A stretch of DNA of 64,000 nucleotides from the human T2T-CHM13v2.0 reference genome, Homo sapiens: the NCBI RefSeq assembly GCF_009914755.1, contig NC_060948.1. The stretch is one strand, 5' to 3'. Positions 40,818 through 64,000 of the stretch are shown here, in pieces. A program made the translations under genes and the position numbers. The first letter of the stretch is position 1, and the number at the start of each line of letters is the position of its first letter. The notes under the pieces are model-generated. The model saw only the letters and a list, made by a program, of their open reading frames with translations, did not search any database and was not told the DNA's origin.

Positions 40818-40919
40818 CATTGTTGATCAGGACATGGAGAGGAATCTTCTTCATCTTGAACTTCTGCACAAACTGCCGGATGGAAGTCATGGAAGCCAAG
40901 TCACAGTATAAAAATTCCA
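40818..40919 (-). CDS. DHRSX: DHRSX internal coding exon (exon 4); missed by the ORF track
   Basis: Minus strand gttgtccttttccag|TGGAATTTTTA...AACAATG|gtgagtc, 102 nt, phase 1-1. Translates (V)EFLYCDLASMTSIRQFVQKFKMKKIPLHVLINN(A); its last G joins CT of the next exon to complete the SDR NNAG motif in frame. Confidence 0.96.
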
Positions 40920-40990
40920 CTGGAAAAGGACAACAACAAAAAATACCTGCTTATCTCCCAACCTATTTCAGAGATTAAGAAAATTTCTAA

Positions 40991-41412
<422 letters not shown>

Positions 41413-41449
41413 TAGGGAGATCAATGAGTCCCATCCTTGTATAGTCCCC

Positions 41450-42250
41450 TTTCCTTGAGTCTGTGTGGGACCTGTCATTCTCCTCCTGACCTTGATGTGA
41501 GCTGATGTTTTGTGAGAGCGCCTTGGGGCCAGAACCTGGGCATGGCCTCTCTAGGAGCTGACAGCAGCCCCTGGCCAAAAGCCAGCAAGATACTCAGATC
41601 CCCAGATCTGCAGCTTCCAGGAATTGGATTCTGCGTATAACCATGTGAATTTCGAAGATCCTGAGCTCCAGAGAGGACCTCAGGCCAGATGACACTTTGC
41701 TTATAGCCCAGTGAGACCCCGAAGAGAGAATGCAGTTACACCTGCCCAGATTCCTGACCCGCAGCAGCTGTGGGATAGTAAGTATGAGCCCTTCCACGCT
41801 GCTGAGTCTGTGGGTTATTTTGTTACACAGCATATGTAACTGATACACAAAATGACTCAGAAGCAAGGACTTCCTTCTTCTGCAGTAGAGGAATATAGAA
41901 TATAGAATTTTATATAATAATCAAACAGGAAGCAATTTATGCATCCCCTGCTACAGATAGTAAGAAGTACGAGCCCTTCCACGTTGCTGAATCTGTGTTA
42001 TTTTGTTACAGGGCATATGTAACTAATACACAAAATGGCTCAGAAGCAAGGACTTCCTTCTTCCACAGGAGAATATAGAATTTTATATAATAATAAAAAA
42101 GGACGCCATTTATGGATCCCTTGCTACAGATAGTAAGTATGAGCTCTTCCACGCTGCTCAGTCTGTTATTTTGTTACACAGTATATGTAACTAATACACA
42201 AAATGACTCAGAAGCAAGGACTTCCTTCTTCTGCAGAAGAATAATAAAAG
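41450..42250 (+). mobile_element. MLT1(E/F-like) LTR whose 3' end plus flank is tandemly triplicated (~175 bp)
   Basis: gatagtaag...ttttgttaca...taact.atacacaaaatg.ctcagaagcaaggacttccttctt at about 41774, 41956, 42128. Confidence 0.8.
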
Positions 42251-43309
42251 AAAGCATTTTATTTTTTATTACATTTATGTTTTTGGAGACAGGGTCTCAC
42301 TATGTCCCCATGGCTGGTCTCGAACTCCTAAGCTCAAGTGAGCCTCCCACATCAGCCTCCCAAAGTGTTGGATTACAGGCGTGAGCAGCTGTGTCCAGCC
42401 AAAGATGACATTTTTAGAGAGTGAATGACTCAGGGACAGCTTTATAACATCACATAGGTAGAGACGTAGACTTATGTCTATTGTATTCAGTATATCAACT
42501 TCGCTCTTTCTCTCTAAATTCCCAGTGGGTCTCCATCGCTAAAAGTGATGTGTTTGATTGTGTTAAAGCTGTTTTTTTTTTTTTTTCCCAGAAGGACTGA
42601 GGTTTTGGAGGGAGAGGAACTAGAAAGAAAAGCAAATTCACAGGTATATAATTCTGCCTCCAGGTCCATGGGTTCAAGGAGGTTGGGAGAACAATGCAAC
42701 AACCTAAAGTCAGACAGAACAAAATGCATGAAAACTAGCTATTACTTGCAGCAGAGACAGCAGATCTCTGAGGGAAGAAGCAAGTTCCCTTACATTGAGA
42801 TGGGAAGGTAATTTCTGGAGAGAGGTGGAAGGTATTGGGGGACACTGCCAGTGAGTTCTGAAAGGTGAGGATGGGGAATGGTGTGAGGTGGAAGAGCAAA
42901 TCACAGCATGTGTGCAGAGGTCAGAGACAGGAGTCCTCAGGGAGGGAGCGAGCAGAGGCTGGTTCTGGGCTGGCCGAGAAGAGAACAGCCTTGATCTGCA
43001 GGGCTGCTGGTGGTCAGTGTCATTTACAGCCTCCTCACTGGGGAGCCTCATAGGGGAAAATCATTACTGTAAAAGAACTGTTAATATTTTTATGAAGGCC
43101 ACATAGCTTTCAGAGGATAAGCAGTGTGTGTGTGTGGTGGGGGGAGGGGTCTGCCTGTGCCCCCCATGTCTGCACTGATGTGTAAAATGCCAGCAATCAA
43201 TTTTATGACAGACACACCTTGCTTAATAAGCTCTATGAGCCTTACTCTCCAAAACTATTACTGGAATGCTCATCATCATTCCAAAACGAAATGACTCTCC
43301 ACTCACCAT

Positions 43310-44909
<1,600 letters not shown>

Positions 44910-45769
44910 AGAAGAAAAGGAAATGGTATCTGGATTACTTTGACAGGACATAACTTTCTAAAACACGTCATTCTGGATAAAATATTACCAGGCTGTTAGG
45001 ACACGCTGCTGAGTCTGTGTTATTTTGTTACACGGCATGTGTAACTAATACACAAAATGACTCAGAAGCAAGGACTTCCTTCTTCTGCAGTAGAATAATA
45101 AAAGAGGGCTAGCACTTGCTTGTATTGACGGCTTGTATTTTCACGCGGTTCCGGCATGTGGCAATACCGAAGCACAAAGCTGGGGCGCATACGCACATTT
45201 ATTTTCTCATCGAAGACCATAAATAGTTCCCTTCCTCCCATACGTAGCCCATTCTCTTGACTTTCCTTTTCTGGGATGGACTGTGGGGTTCTCGCCGAGA
45301 GATGCTTGTGTGCCTCACTTGGGGATCGTAAACGCAAATGTGTCACCTCCTTCAGGAAGTTTTCCTGAACCCCAAGCCACGCCGGGCATCTCTAGATCTG
45401 GCTTCCGCAATCGCAACGACAGTACCCATCATTGCACCTCCTCACTTGCATGACCAGTATGTTTTTAAGCATGTCTCATATGCCTTGGATGCTACGTAAC
45501 TTTGGAACATACATTGAAATGATGCATCTTTGAGTGTCCAGAGCTAGGCTCTCTGGGCACACCCAGAAAAAAGTCAGCGGAAGAGGTAAAGGGAAGATGT
45601 ATGGGAGCTTGGGCCACGTCCTCTGCTGGCGCTCTGCCGCATGCCAGCTTCTGCCCCAGAGGGAGGGGAGGGAAGGAGAGGGAAAAAGAGAAAAGAAGAA
45701 AAGGGGAGAAAGGTGAAGTGAAAAATATCAGCATGAAGCAAAAATGTGTCCTCAGACAAAAAGGAAATG

Positions 45770-46125
45770 CATAGACCCGAGGCAGACAGGAATAGGACCC
45801 AGGCAGATAGGAATAGGACCCAGGCAGATAGACCCAGGCAGACAGGAATAGGACCCAGGCAGATAGACCCCAGGCAGATAGGAATAGGACCCAGGCAGAT
45901 AGGAATAGGACCCAGGCAGATAGACCCCAGGCAGACAGGAATAGGACCCAGGCAGATAGGAATAGGACCCAGGCAGATAGACCCCAGGCAGATAGGAATA
46001 GGACCCAGGCAGATAGGAATAGGACCCGGGCAGATAGACCCCAGGCAGACAGGAATAGGACCCAGGCAGATAGGAATAGGACCCAGGCAGATAGACCCAG
46101 GCAGATAGGAATAGGACCCAGGCAG
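45770..46125. repeat. Minisatellite of 21-bp and 14/15-bp subunits (57-bp higher-order period)
   Basis: ggacccaggcagataggaata alternating with gacc(c)caggcagata. Confidence 0.92.
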
Positions 46126-46141
46126 GCACTGCAAGCTGTGA

Positions 46142-47392
<1,251 letters not shown>

Positions 47393-47394
47393 GT

Positions 47395-49041
<1,647 letters not shown>

Positions 49042-49448
49042 CTGGAAAGACACAGAGGCATGTGTTGATAAATAGGGATCAAGAAGAAAAAAAAATTCCT
49101 TTTGTTTGGAGTTCTGGCAAATCGCCTGGTTTGGAGGAACTGAATTACCCCTTCTTCTTTGCGATAGAGAACATCATTATGGAATGAACTGTACCTCCCT
49201 AAAAAATCCTTTTGTCTGAGGCTCTGGCAAACCTCCTAATTTGGAGGAATTGAATAGTGCCTTCATTTTTTCTTTGCAATAGATATAGGACATCGTTATA
49301 GACTGAGCCGTGCCCTCCCTCACTCATCATCAGAACCCTTAAACTCCAATGTGACTTTATTTGCAGACAGGGCCTGTAGGAGCTCAAAAGGGTGAGGCCC
49401 TCGTCCAGTAGGACTGGTGTCCTTATAATCAGAGAAACACACACCAGG

Positions 49449-49895
49449 TGTGATGGTTAATGCCGAGTGTCAACCTGATTGGATTGAAGGATGCAAAGTA
49501 TTGATCCTGGGTGTGTCTGTGAGGGTGTGGCCAAACAAGTTTAACATTTGAGTTAGTGGGGTGGGAAAGGCAGACCCACCCTTAATCGGGGTGGGCACCA
49601 TCTAATCAGCTGCCAGCACAGCACATTCAAAAAGCAGGCAAAAGAATGTGAAAAGGTTAGACTGGCCTAGCCTCCCATGCTACAGCTTTCTCCCGTGCTG
49701 GATGCTTCCTGCCCTCAAAAATTGGACTCCAAGTTCTTCAGCTTTAGCACTCGGGCTGGCTTCCTTGCTCCTCAGCTCGCAGACAGCTTATTGTAGGACC
49801 TTGTGATCCTGTGAGTTAATACTGAATAAACCCCCCTTTATATATAGCTATTTATCCTGTTAGTTATATCCCTCTAGAGAACCCTGGCCAACACA
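49449..49895 (+). mobile_element. MLT2A (HERVL) solo LTR
   Basis: tgtgatggttaatgccgagtgtcaacctgattggattgaaggatgcaaagtattg...cctctagagaaccctggccaacaca. Confidence 0.9.
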
Positions 49896-50200
49896 GGGTG
49901 CATCCCTCACCCCCTATATCTATCACCCTGCTGCCTGAGTTGATAGGAAAGCAGAAAGAGCCCCTTTTTAATGTTTAATTTTATTAAGTATGCAATTTCC
50001 CAGTGCCCAAACTCATGTTGATTTCAAAAACTGCCCTTTTAAAGCATGTGGACAGGGTAACAATTCATAGCAGGTGACAAAAATGTTTTATAAATAATAT
50101 CCACGGAAACAGAAGGTGTCACCGTCTGCAGAATGCAGCCAAAATATTCAGAAGATTTGTATCACTCTAAGTTCTCGTGCTAGTAAGAAATAAAAAAGCA

Positions 50201-51770
<1,570 letters not shown>

Positions 51771-52315
51771 TTACTGCAAGCTGTCTGTGGTGAGACATGT
51801 TCAGAAATTGAAAGTAAATGTTTAGAAACTTAAAAAATAATGACAGTCATTTAAGCTTTGTTCAATCCAATGACTTAAAAAAAACACACTGAGAGCTTCT
51901 AGTTTCCATGTTTCTTAAATGCATTTTTTTTAGTAATTCATTTTTATTGTATCTACGGCAGTTATCAATCTGCTGCAGATTAGGGGAGAGGCAGTTTTGC
52001 CATGGAGAGTTTAAAAGCGCTGATTCTGAGCACAGTGTCATCTGGATAGAAACTCCTGAGGTACTGCTGTAATTTTCCACAAAAACACTTGTGGGGATGT
52101 AAGAAAGAGGAAAACCCATACTACTGCTAATAATTGGAACCAGTGATCAAAGGATGGGTAAAAGCACAAGCTGAGCTTCCAAAAACAGCAGTGTGAATGG
52201 ATTTTTTTTAAAAAAACTAGAAGATGCATTTTTCTTGCTCCTTGAGAAAAAAGGCTTATAGCCACTAGCAACATGAACATCAGCATTCTATTGAGATCAC
52301 TGGCTTGCGAGGTGG

Positions 52316-52731
52316 TGATATAGTTTAGATCTGTGTCCCCACCCAAATCTCATGTTGAATTGTAATCCGCAGTGTTGGAGGAGTGGCCTGGGGAGAGGTG
52401 ATGGGATCATGGAGGTGGATTTCTCACGAATGGGTTAGCGCCATCCCCTTGGTGATGTTCTTGTGACCATGAATGAGTTCCCACAAGATCTGGTTGTTTA
52501 AAAGTGCACAGCACCTCCCCTCCACTCTTGCTCCTGCTCTAGCCATTAAGACGTGCTGGCTTCCACTTCACCTTCCATCATGATTGTAAGTTGCCTGAGG
52601 CCTCCCCAGAAGCAGAAGCTGCTCTGCTTCCTGTACAGCTTGCAGAACCATGAGCCAATTAAACCTCTTTTCTTTATAAATCATCCAATCTCAGGTACTT
52701 CTTTATAGCAATGCAAGAACAGACTAATACA
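52316..52731 (+). mobile_element. MST(A-like) MaLR LTR
   Basis: tgatatagtttagatctgtgtccccacccaaatctcatg...gaacagactaataca. Confidence 0.9.
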
Positions 52732-53452
52732 GATGGATGCATGCATGGACGGATGGACGGATGAATTGATGGATGGGTGGAAGGATGGGTAGATGGATGG
52801 ATAGGTGGATGGATGGATGGATTGGATAGATGGATGGATAAATGGATGGATGGATGGATGGGTGGATGGGTGGGTGGGTGGGTGGATGGGTGGGTGGATG
52901 GGTGGGTGGATGGATGGATGGATGGATGGGTGGATGGGTGGATGGGTGGATGGATGGATGGATGGATAAATGGATGGATGGATGGATGGATGGATGGGTG
53001 GGTGGGTGGATCGATGGATTGATGGATGGATACATGAGAGGATGGGTGAGTGGATGGATGGATGAATTGATGGATGGACGGATGGATGAACTGATGGATG
53101 GATGGATGGATGGATGGATGGATGGATGGATGGATGGGTGGGTGGGTGGATTGATGGGTGGATAGATGGATGGATGGATAAATGGATGGATGGATGAATG
53201 GATGGATGGATGGATGGATGGATGAACTGATGGATGGATGGATGGATGGATGGATGGATAAATGGATGGATGGATGGATGGATGGATGGATGGATAAATG
53301 GATGGATGGATGGGTGGGTGGGTGGATGGATGGGTGGGTGGGTGGGTGGATGGATGGATGGATGAATGGATGGATGGATGGATGGATGAACTGATGGATG
53401 GATGGATGGATGGATGGATGGATAGATGGATGGATGAATTGATAGATGGGTA
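52732..53452. repeat. (GGAT/GGGT)n microsatellite, about 720 bp
   Basis: Direct reading. Confidence 0.97.
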
Positions 53453-53453
53453 G

Positions 53454-55234
53454 TGATATGGTTTGGATCTGTGTCCTCATTCAAATCTCAAGTTGAATTG
53501 GAATCCCCAGTGCTGGAGGTGGACCCTTGTAGGGGGAGATTGGGTCACGGGGGTGGATGTCTCAGGAATAGTTTAGTGCCATCCCCTGGGTGCTGTGCTT
53601 GCAATAGTGAATGAGTTCTCGTGGCATCTGGTTGTTGAAAAGTGTGTAGCATCTCCCCAGCCCACCCCAACTGCACCTCTGTCTCTCCTTCTCTTGCTAG
53701 GGCCATGTAAGACACCTGCTTTCCTTCACTTTCCACTATGATTATGCATTTCCTCATGCCTCCCTAGAAGCAGAAGCTGCTCTGCTTCCCGTACAGCCTG
53801 CAGATCCATGAGCCAATTAAACTTCTTTTCTTTATAAATTACCCAGTCTCAGTGTAGCAATTCCTCAAAGACCTAGAACCAGAAACACCATTTGACCCAG
53901 CAATCCCATTACTAGGTATATATCCAAATAAATAGAAATCATTCTATTATAAAGATACAGGCACACATATGTTCATTGCAGCACTATTCACAATAGCAAG
54001 GATGTGGAATCAACTCAAATGCCCAAGAATGATAGACTGAATTAAAAAAAATGGTACATATACACCGTGGAATACTATGCAGCCATAAAAAGGAACGAGA
54101 TCATGTCCTTTGCAGGGACATGGATGGAGCTAGAAGCCATTATTCTTGGCAAACTAATGCAGGAACAGAAAACCAAACACTGTACACTCTCACTCATAAG
54201 TGGGTGCTTAACAATGAGAACACATGGATACAGGGAGGGGAACAACACACACTGGGGCGTGTTGTGGGTGGGGGTCAGGGAGGGGGAGAGCATCAGGAAA
54301 AATAGCTAATGCCTGCTCAGTAGTGAAGTACAAATCAAAACCACAATGAGATACCACCTCACATCAGTTAGAAGGGCGATCATTAAAAAATCAGGAAACA
54401 ACAGATGCTGGAGAGGATGTGGAGAAACAGGAATGCTTTTACACTGTTGGTGAGAGTGGAAGTTAGTTCAACCATTGTGGAAGACACTGTGGCGATTCCT
54501 CAAGGATCTAGAACCAGAAATACCATTTGACCCAGCAATCCCATGACTGGGTATATACCCAAAGGATTATAAATCATCCTACTATAAAGACACATGCACA
54601 TGTGTGTTTACTGCAGCACTGTTCACAATATTAAAGACTTGGAACCAACGCAAATGCCCGTCATTGATAGACTGAATAAAGAAAATGTGGCACATAGACA
54701 CCATGGACTACTATGCAGACATTAAAAAGGATGAGTTCATGTGCTTTGCAGGGACACGGATGAATCTGGAAACCATCATTCTCAGCAAACTAACACAAGA
54801 ACAGAAAACTAAACACCACATGTTCTCACTCTTAAGTGGGAGTTGAGCAATGAGAACACAGGGACACAGGGAGGGGAACATCACACACTGGGGCCTGTTG
54901 GGGGGTGGGGGGCAAGGGGAGAGATAGCTTTAAAAGAAATACCTAATGTAGATAACGAGTTGATGGGTGCAGCAAACCACCATGGCACGTCTATACCTAT
55001 ATAACAAACCTGCATGTTCTGCACATGTACCCCAGAACTTAAAGTACAATAATAAAAAGAATAGCTAACTCATGCTGGGCTTAATACTTAAGTGATGGGT
55101 TGATAGGTGCAGCAAACCACCACGGCACATGTTTATCTATGTACAATCCTGCATATGTACCCGGAACTTAAAATTTTTAAAAATTACCCAGTCTCAGGTA
55201 TTTCTTCAGAGCAGTGTGAGAACGGAGTAATACA
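53454..55234 (+). mobile_element. Second MST LTR split by an L1 fragment (53853-55180) that itself contains a younger L1PA fragment (about 54319-55059)
   Basis: 17-bp TSD aaattacccagtctcag at 53836-53852 and 55181-55197; inner degenerate TSD aatagctaa...tgct at about 54301 and 55060. Confidence 0.88.
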
Positions 55235-55450
55235 GGCAACCAACGGGCTTTGCTCATTCTTGCAATCAGCATCTTTTTTTTTTTGCATCCATTCAGGAGC
55301 TACCTCGCACCAAGAGAAACACTGGTAGGAAGGGTAAGGGGAACAGGGTATGGTTGGCATCACTAGGGGAAGATGAGCCGATACATCAAGCCCTGCAGCA
55401 GGGGAAGGCAGAATGCTCACTGGGTGCTAGAACTTGAACTTCACCCCTGA

Positions 55451-56965
<1,515 letters not shown>

Positions 56966-57420
56966 TCAGTGGCTGCGTTCACCTGGAACCTAACCCATGT
57001 AGGAGCTGCGTCCCTTTCCCAGGGCACCATGAGAGGGACCAGGGAACCGAACACAGGAGGATCTCCGGAAGACTTGAGATAGGTTTTTTCATTCCACCTG
57101 GAGTACCTTCAACGATACCTTCATTCTATTTAGATAATTTAGAGAAATGAAAGTTAGAGTGTTTGGGAGTATTTAACGCACTCCTAGGAGCTACGAAATG
57201 AGTGTCTGCCACGTAGCTCATGGAATAAGATGGAGTATACCAGTTATCCATGTGGCAAGAACAGAAAAGAAGCAGGAAGTACAGCTTCAGCCAACGAGGG
57301 CGCTCCCAGTTACTGGTCATGATATAAAGCCAAAATGGTGGCCTCCTACACTCAGAGCCTGTGAAAAAGGTGATGTCTGTATCTTGATGGTAAAGATACA
57401 GAGTATTAAAAAGGAGGAAT

Positions 57421-57492
57421 TACAATTGTTAAAACAACTGTTCGACAATTGTTCGACAATTGTTTTAACAATTGTTCAACAATTGTTAAAAC
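57421..57492. repeat. Short array of palindromic ACAATTGT units (12-13 bp period, 6 units)
   Basis: tacaattgttaaaacaactgttcgacaattgttcgacaattgttttaacaattgttcaacaattgttaaaa. Confidence 0.9.
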
Positions 57493-58688
57493 GTTCACAT
57501 TTATCAGCCAAACAAGCAAAAACCAAGTAGAAATGGCCCTAGTCACACAAGACAGCAATGATTCAAGTCTAAAACGTTAATGGAACAAGGAGGATCATCG
57601 CCTATGAAGGCATGGTTTGGATCTGTGTAACCAACCTTGTAACCCAACAGGGCTAACTTGAAAATCATAAACCAAATGCTGAATTGAGATGAAGCTATAA
57701 TGTGCCATTTTCACAGCATTTTCTTCAGAATAACACAATATCCAAGTATATTTTTCAAGAATTCCTAGGTAGGCAGGGAGAAATGAACAAAATCAACATT
57801 GTGGGGGAAGGAGGAAAGGATGGGTGGAAAGAGGGAAGGGGAGGGGAGGGGAGGGAAGCAAGAATGAATGGAAGGAGGGAAGAAAGAAAGGGAGGGAGGG
57901 AGAAAGGAGGGAAGAAAGGGAAGGAGGAAAGGATGGGTGGAAACGGGGAAGGAAGGAAGAAGGAGAAACAAGGTCCCAGAAAATACTGTCAATAATATAT
58001 TTAATGAGGCAGGAAATGCAAACTTACAAATAGGAAACACTGTACTGTATGAAAAAAGCTGTAAAATGATAGGTTTCTGTTTCTTAGTATCCTGATAATA
58101 TGTTACATTTGTAAGTAAAATGTGAAAATCTCGAGGAAATAATTTTCTCAGAGATACTAATTATCCCAATTCAATCAAGGAAATTAGGTCTAATCAGACC
58201 AATAGCTATAAGAAAAATAGAGAAGAATAATGAAAGAATGGCATGAAGAAAGGGTAGATGAGTGCAGAGGGTATTTTAGAAAATTCTTCTAGACTTTCAA
58301 AGAACAGATAAGTGCCCTGATACTGACTGGTTGGACAAAAAGAGTCTGAGGTGGTTTGTTTTGTGAAATTTATGCTGTTCTGATAGAAATTCTGAAAAAA
58401 GCATAGCAGAAGAAATTTGCTAGGAGGGCAGGAATTGCTTGATGAGTAACATTTATATATACAGAAGAAAAAAATCATAAAAATGTAAACTTAAAGAAGT
58501 CTTCCACTGAGACATACAAAAGCAAATGTATTTAATACTAAGAAAAAAATTTCCAGAAATGCTGTCCATTCTGAAATATTATTAAAGAGCTCCTAGAATA
58601 AATGTGATAAGTGTGTCCATAACCACTACCTGAAAATCAGATCTTAGTCAACCTTGTAACCCAACTGGGCTAATTTGAAAATCATCAT

Positions 58689-60382
<1,694 letters not shown>

Positions 60383-61172
60383 TCATTGTGTTTACTACGA
60401 TGGCCCTCCTCTCCCTCTTGAGCACTTGAGATACATCACTACGAGAGAACTCAAGTTAAAACAATGCTCCTCGGATACACAGCTGTCCTCAGAAACCACC
60501 TTCAGGATAAACTCTGTAAATATTGTTGTCAGAATGGTAAAGTGTTCAGATAATTAAAGTTGTCCTCTGACTCCCAGGTCTAGTCTAGAAAAGAAGATTA
60601 AAATGAAAGCACCATTGACCCACCCGCGAGGCAAAGAGCAGATGCCCCAAAGAGCTTGTGTAAGTAAAGAGGAAAGAAAGGCTTTCGAAGACAAGGCACT
60701 ACCCAAGGGCGAGAAGTCAATCTTGATGTTGCCGTGGAAACGCGGACTTGTGAAGAGCTTTCAAGAACAATTCTGTCTCCAAGGAGGTAAATCGTCCTCC
60801 TGGGAATGCGTTGAAACCATTATCCACCCACAGGACTGGGCTAAAAGTAAACTTCAGGGTAGCTTGGATGAGCAGCATAGGTTGCTAATGAGCGTCGATT
60901 TAATGGTCTGAGTTGTTTATACATCAAAAAGAAGTTACCAAGGGTCTACCTGTCTGCTGTTTGGATACACTGGAAACCAGTTAAAACTTAATTCCTAAGA
61001 AGCTGTTTCCCACTGTGTTCAAATTTAAATGCTTCAAGAGTAATGCTTCTGGGCACAAAATGGAAAAAGTGGGGAAAATCCAACGGCATCAAAATCCCCA
61101 CGCCACCACCCATGCTGCAAGCACTGTAAGCTGTGATAGTATCTGTCTGCTAAAGGTGCTAAAGAGAAAGCT

Positions 61173-63227
<2,055 letters not shown>

Positions 63228-63228
<1 letters not shown>

Positions 63229-64000
63229 GGAGGGACGGAAGGAAGGAGGGAAGGAGGGAAGGAAGAGAGGGAGGGAAGGAGGGAATGAAGGAGGGAATGA
63301 GGGAGGGAAGGAGGGAATGAGGGAGGGAAGGAGGGAGGCAGGGAGGGAAGGAGGGAGGCAGGGAGGGAAGGAGGGAGGCAGGGAGGGAAGGAGGGAGGCA
63401 GGGAGGGAAGGAGGGAGGCAGGGAGGGAAGGAGGGAGGCAGGGAGGGAAGCAGGGAAGGAGGGAGGGAGGGAGGGAAGGAGGGAGGGAGGGAGGGAGGGA
63501 AAGGAGGGAGGGAGGGAGGGAAGCAGGGAAGGAGGGAGGCAGGGAGGGAAGGAGGAAGGCAGGGAGGGAAGCAGGGAAGGAGGGAGGGAGGGAGGGAAAG
63601 AGGGAAGGAGGGAGGGAGGGAGGGAGGGAAAGGAGGGAGGGAGGGAGGGAAGCAGGGAAGGAGGGAGGGAGGGAGGGAAGGAGGGAGGGAGGGAGGGAAG
63701 GAGGGAAGGAGGGAGGGAGGGAGGGAGGGAAGGAGGGAGGGAGGGAAGGAGGGAGGGAGGGAAAGGAGGGAGGGAGGGAGGGAGGGAAGGAGGGAGGGAG
63801 GGAGGGAAGGGAGAGAGGGAAAGAAGGGAGGGAGGGAAAGAAGGAATGGAGGGAAGGAAGGAAGGGAAAGAAGGGAGGGAAGGAAGGAAGGGGAGAAGGG
63901 AGGAAGGAAGGGGAGAAGGAAGGAAGGAAGGGAGGAAGGAAGGGGAGAAGGAAGGAAGGAAGGGGAGAAGGAAGGGAGGAAGGAAGGGAGGAAGGGAGGT
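63228..64000. repeat. (GGGA/GGAA)n polypurine tract including a 20-bp unit gggagggaaggagggaggca
   Basis: Direct reading; runs off the window end. Confidence 0.95.

Noticed and set aside
52674-53484. His/Pro/Ser/Ile-rich ORFs
   Set aside because: Translation of (CCAT)n.
52316-55234. Intact MaLR provirus
   Set aside because: No internal MaLR sequence between the LTRs, and the two LTRs differ substantially.

Overview
Primate (human-like) genomic DNA inside the pseudoautosomal gene DHRSX (PAR1), transcribed on the minus strand. Only two coding exons are supported: 40818-40919 (102 nt, exon 4) and 20168-20375 (208 nt, exon 5). Together they splice to give the SDR 'NNAG' motif. The rest is intron: very dense Alus, L1 3' fragments, ERV1/ERVL/MaLR solo LTRs (MER41, LTR12, LTR10-like, MLT1, MLT2A, MST, MER4-like), a MER1A DNA transposon and an unusual number of minisatellites, many built from pieces of transposons. 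The most interesting non-obvious signals are: (1) a poly(A)-tailed, AATAAA-bearing retroposed-mRNA-like segment (about 47395-49041) in the sense of DHRSX, headed by a good splice acceptor, so a candidate alternative last exon; (2) a hairpin-forming 40-bp VNTR with an 11-unit higher-order repeat about 80 nt from the exon 5 donor; (3) an Alu-derived minisatellite that multiplies YY1 motifs; (4) several local inverted, templated or dispersed duplications. The long six-frame ORFs are repeat artefacts. Repeat subfamily names and exon numbering are from recall, repeat boundaries are approximate, and I found no evidence for a new protein-coding system.
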